Source: Octopus bimaculoides
Lineage: Eukaryota
Assembly: GCF_001194135.2 (NCBI RefSeq)
Contig: NC_068986.1
Coordinates: 26,805,322-26,856,883 of the forward strand
Direction: 5' to 3'
Length of the DNA stretch: 51,562 nucleotides
The stretch's first letter is position 1. Every line of letters begins with the position of its first letter. The position numbers and the translations under genes were made by a program. Under the pieces are notes generated by a model, which searched no databases, was not told where the DNA came from, and worked only from the letters and a program-made list of their open reading frames with translations. Shown one piece after another: positions 51,204-51,562 of this stretch.

Positions 51204-51562
51204 TGGAAGCTATGCCAACATTATGGAATAACAACAGAAAAAAGATGGTATAAACACACGCCAGAAAAGGTCACAGAAAACGAGAAAGCAACCATACTCT
51301 GGGATATGCCAATACACACAGATAGAGAAATTAAGGCAAATAGACCAGATATAGTTGTCAAAGATCATGAAGAAAAAAAATGCTTTCTAATTGATGTATC
51401 AATACCAGCAGATGACAACGTTTCTCTAAAAGAAATGGAAGAACTTTCAAAATACAAAGACCTGGAAATAGAGATAACTCGAATGTGGAATCTAAAAACA
51501 GAAACAATTCCTATCATAGTAGGTGCCTTAGGTATAATAAAAAAATATTCAGACAAATACAT
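51204..51562 (+). mobile_element. 5'-truncated R4/Dong-type non-LTR retrotransposon, restriction-like endonuclease domain; runs off the window
   Basis: Stop-free 119 codons: WKLCQHYG...WYKHTPEKVTENEKATILWDMPIHTDREIKANRPDIVVKDHEEKKCFLIDVSIPADDNVSLKEMEELSKYKDLEIEITRMWNLKTETIPIIVGALG. Contains the RPD...ID...KY (PD-(D/E)xK) pattern and is directly preceded by (AAT)n at 51183-51203. Confidence 0.88.

Noticed and set aside
197-51562. Most ORFs in the six-frame track (60-190 aa), including poly-His/HT/VC/IY ORFs and ORFs spanning N gaps
   Set aside because: They are translations of microsatellites, SINE bodies or gaps. Only those overlapping SMG5 exons 2, 3, 8, 10 and 11 or the Tc1 relic (27751-27984) carry real coding signal.

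Overview
This is AT-rich, repeat-dense animal genomic DNA with five N-gaps. The repeat families look like octopus/coleoid cephalopod repeats; that is my recognition, not a database result. The only gene is SMG5 (NMD factor, EST1 family) on the + strand. I reconstructed 11 coding exons from ATG 1807 to 50923, all with GT-AG introns and consistent phases. They total 1282 nt (427 codons + 1 nt) and cover the N-terminal TPR/14-3-3-like region. The gene runs off the right edge, so the PIN domain is not in the window. Intron 1 is about 25.3 kb. The introns contain at least four SINE-like families, TTAA-flanked piggyBac-like MITEs, mariner/Tc1 relics, a small Helitron and CR1/L2- and RTE-like LINE fossils. 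At the right edge is a 5'-truncated Dong/R4-type LINE with an open restriction-like endonuclease frame, next to an (AAT)n tract. Almost all ORFs in the supplied track are spurious. I found no prokaryote-type system and cannot claim a new system from sequence alone. The best leads are: (i) possible NMD autoregulation of SMG5 through a strong-context overlapping uORF and frameshifting internal donors in exons 5 and 8; (ii) inverted repeat pairs that could form dsRNA or a circRNA around exons 2-3; (iii) a possible TAA-microsatellite-targeted LINE and non-autonomous partner.
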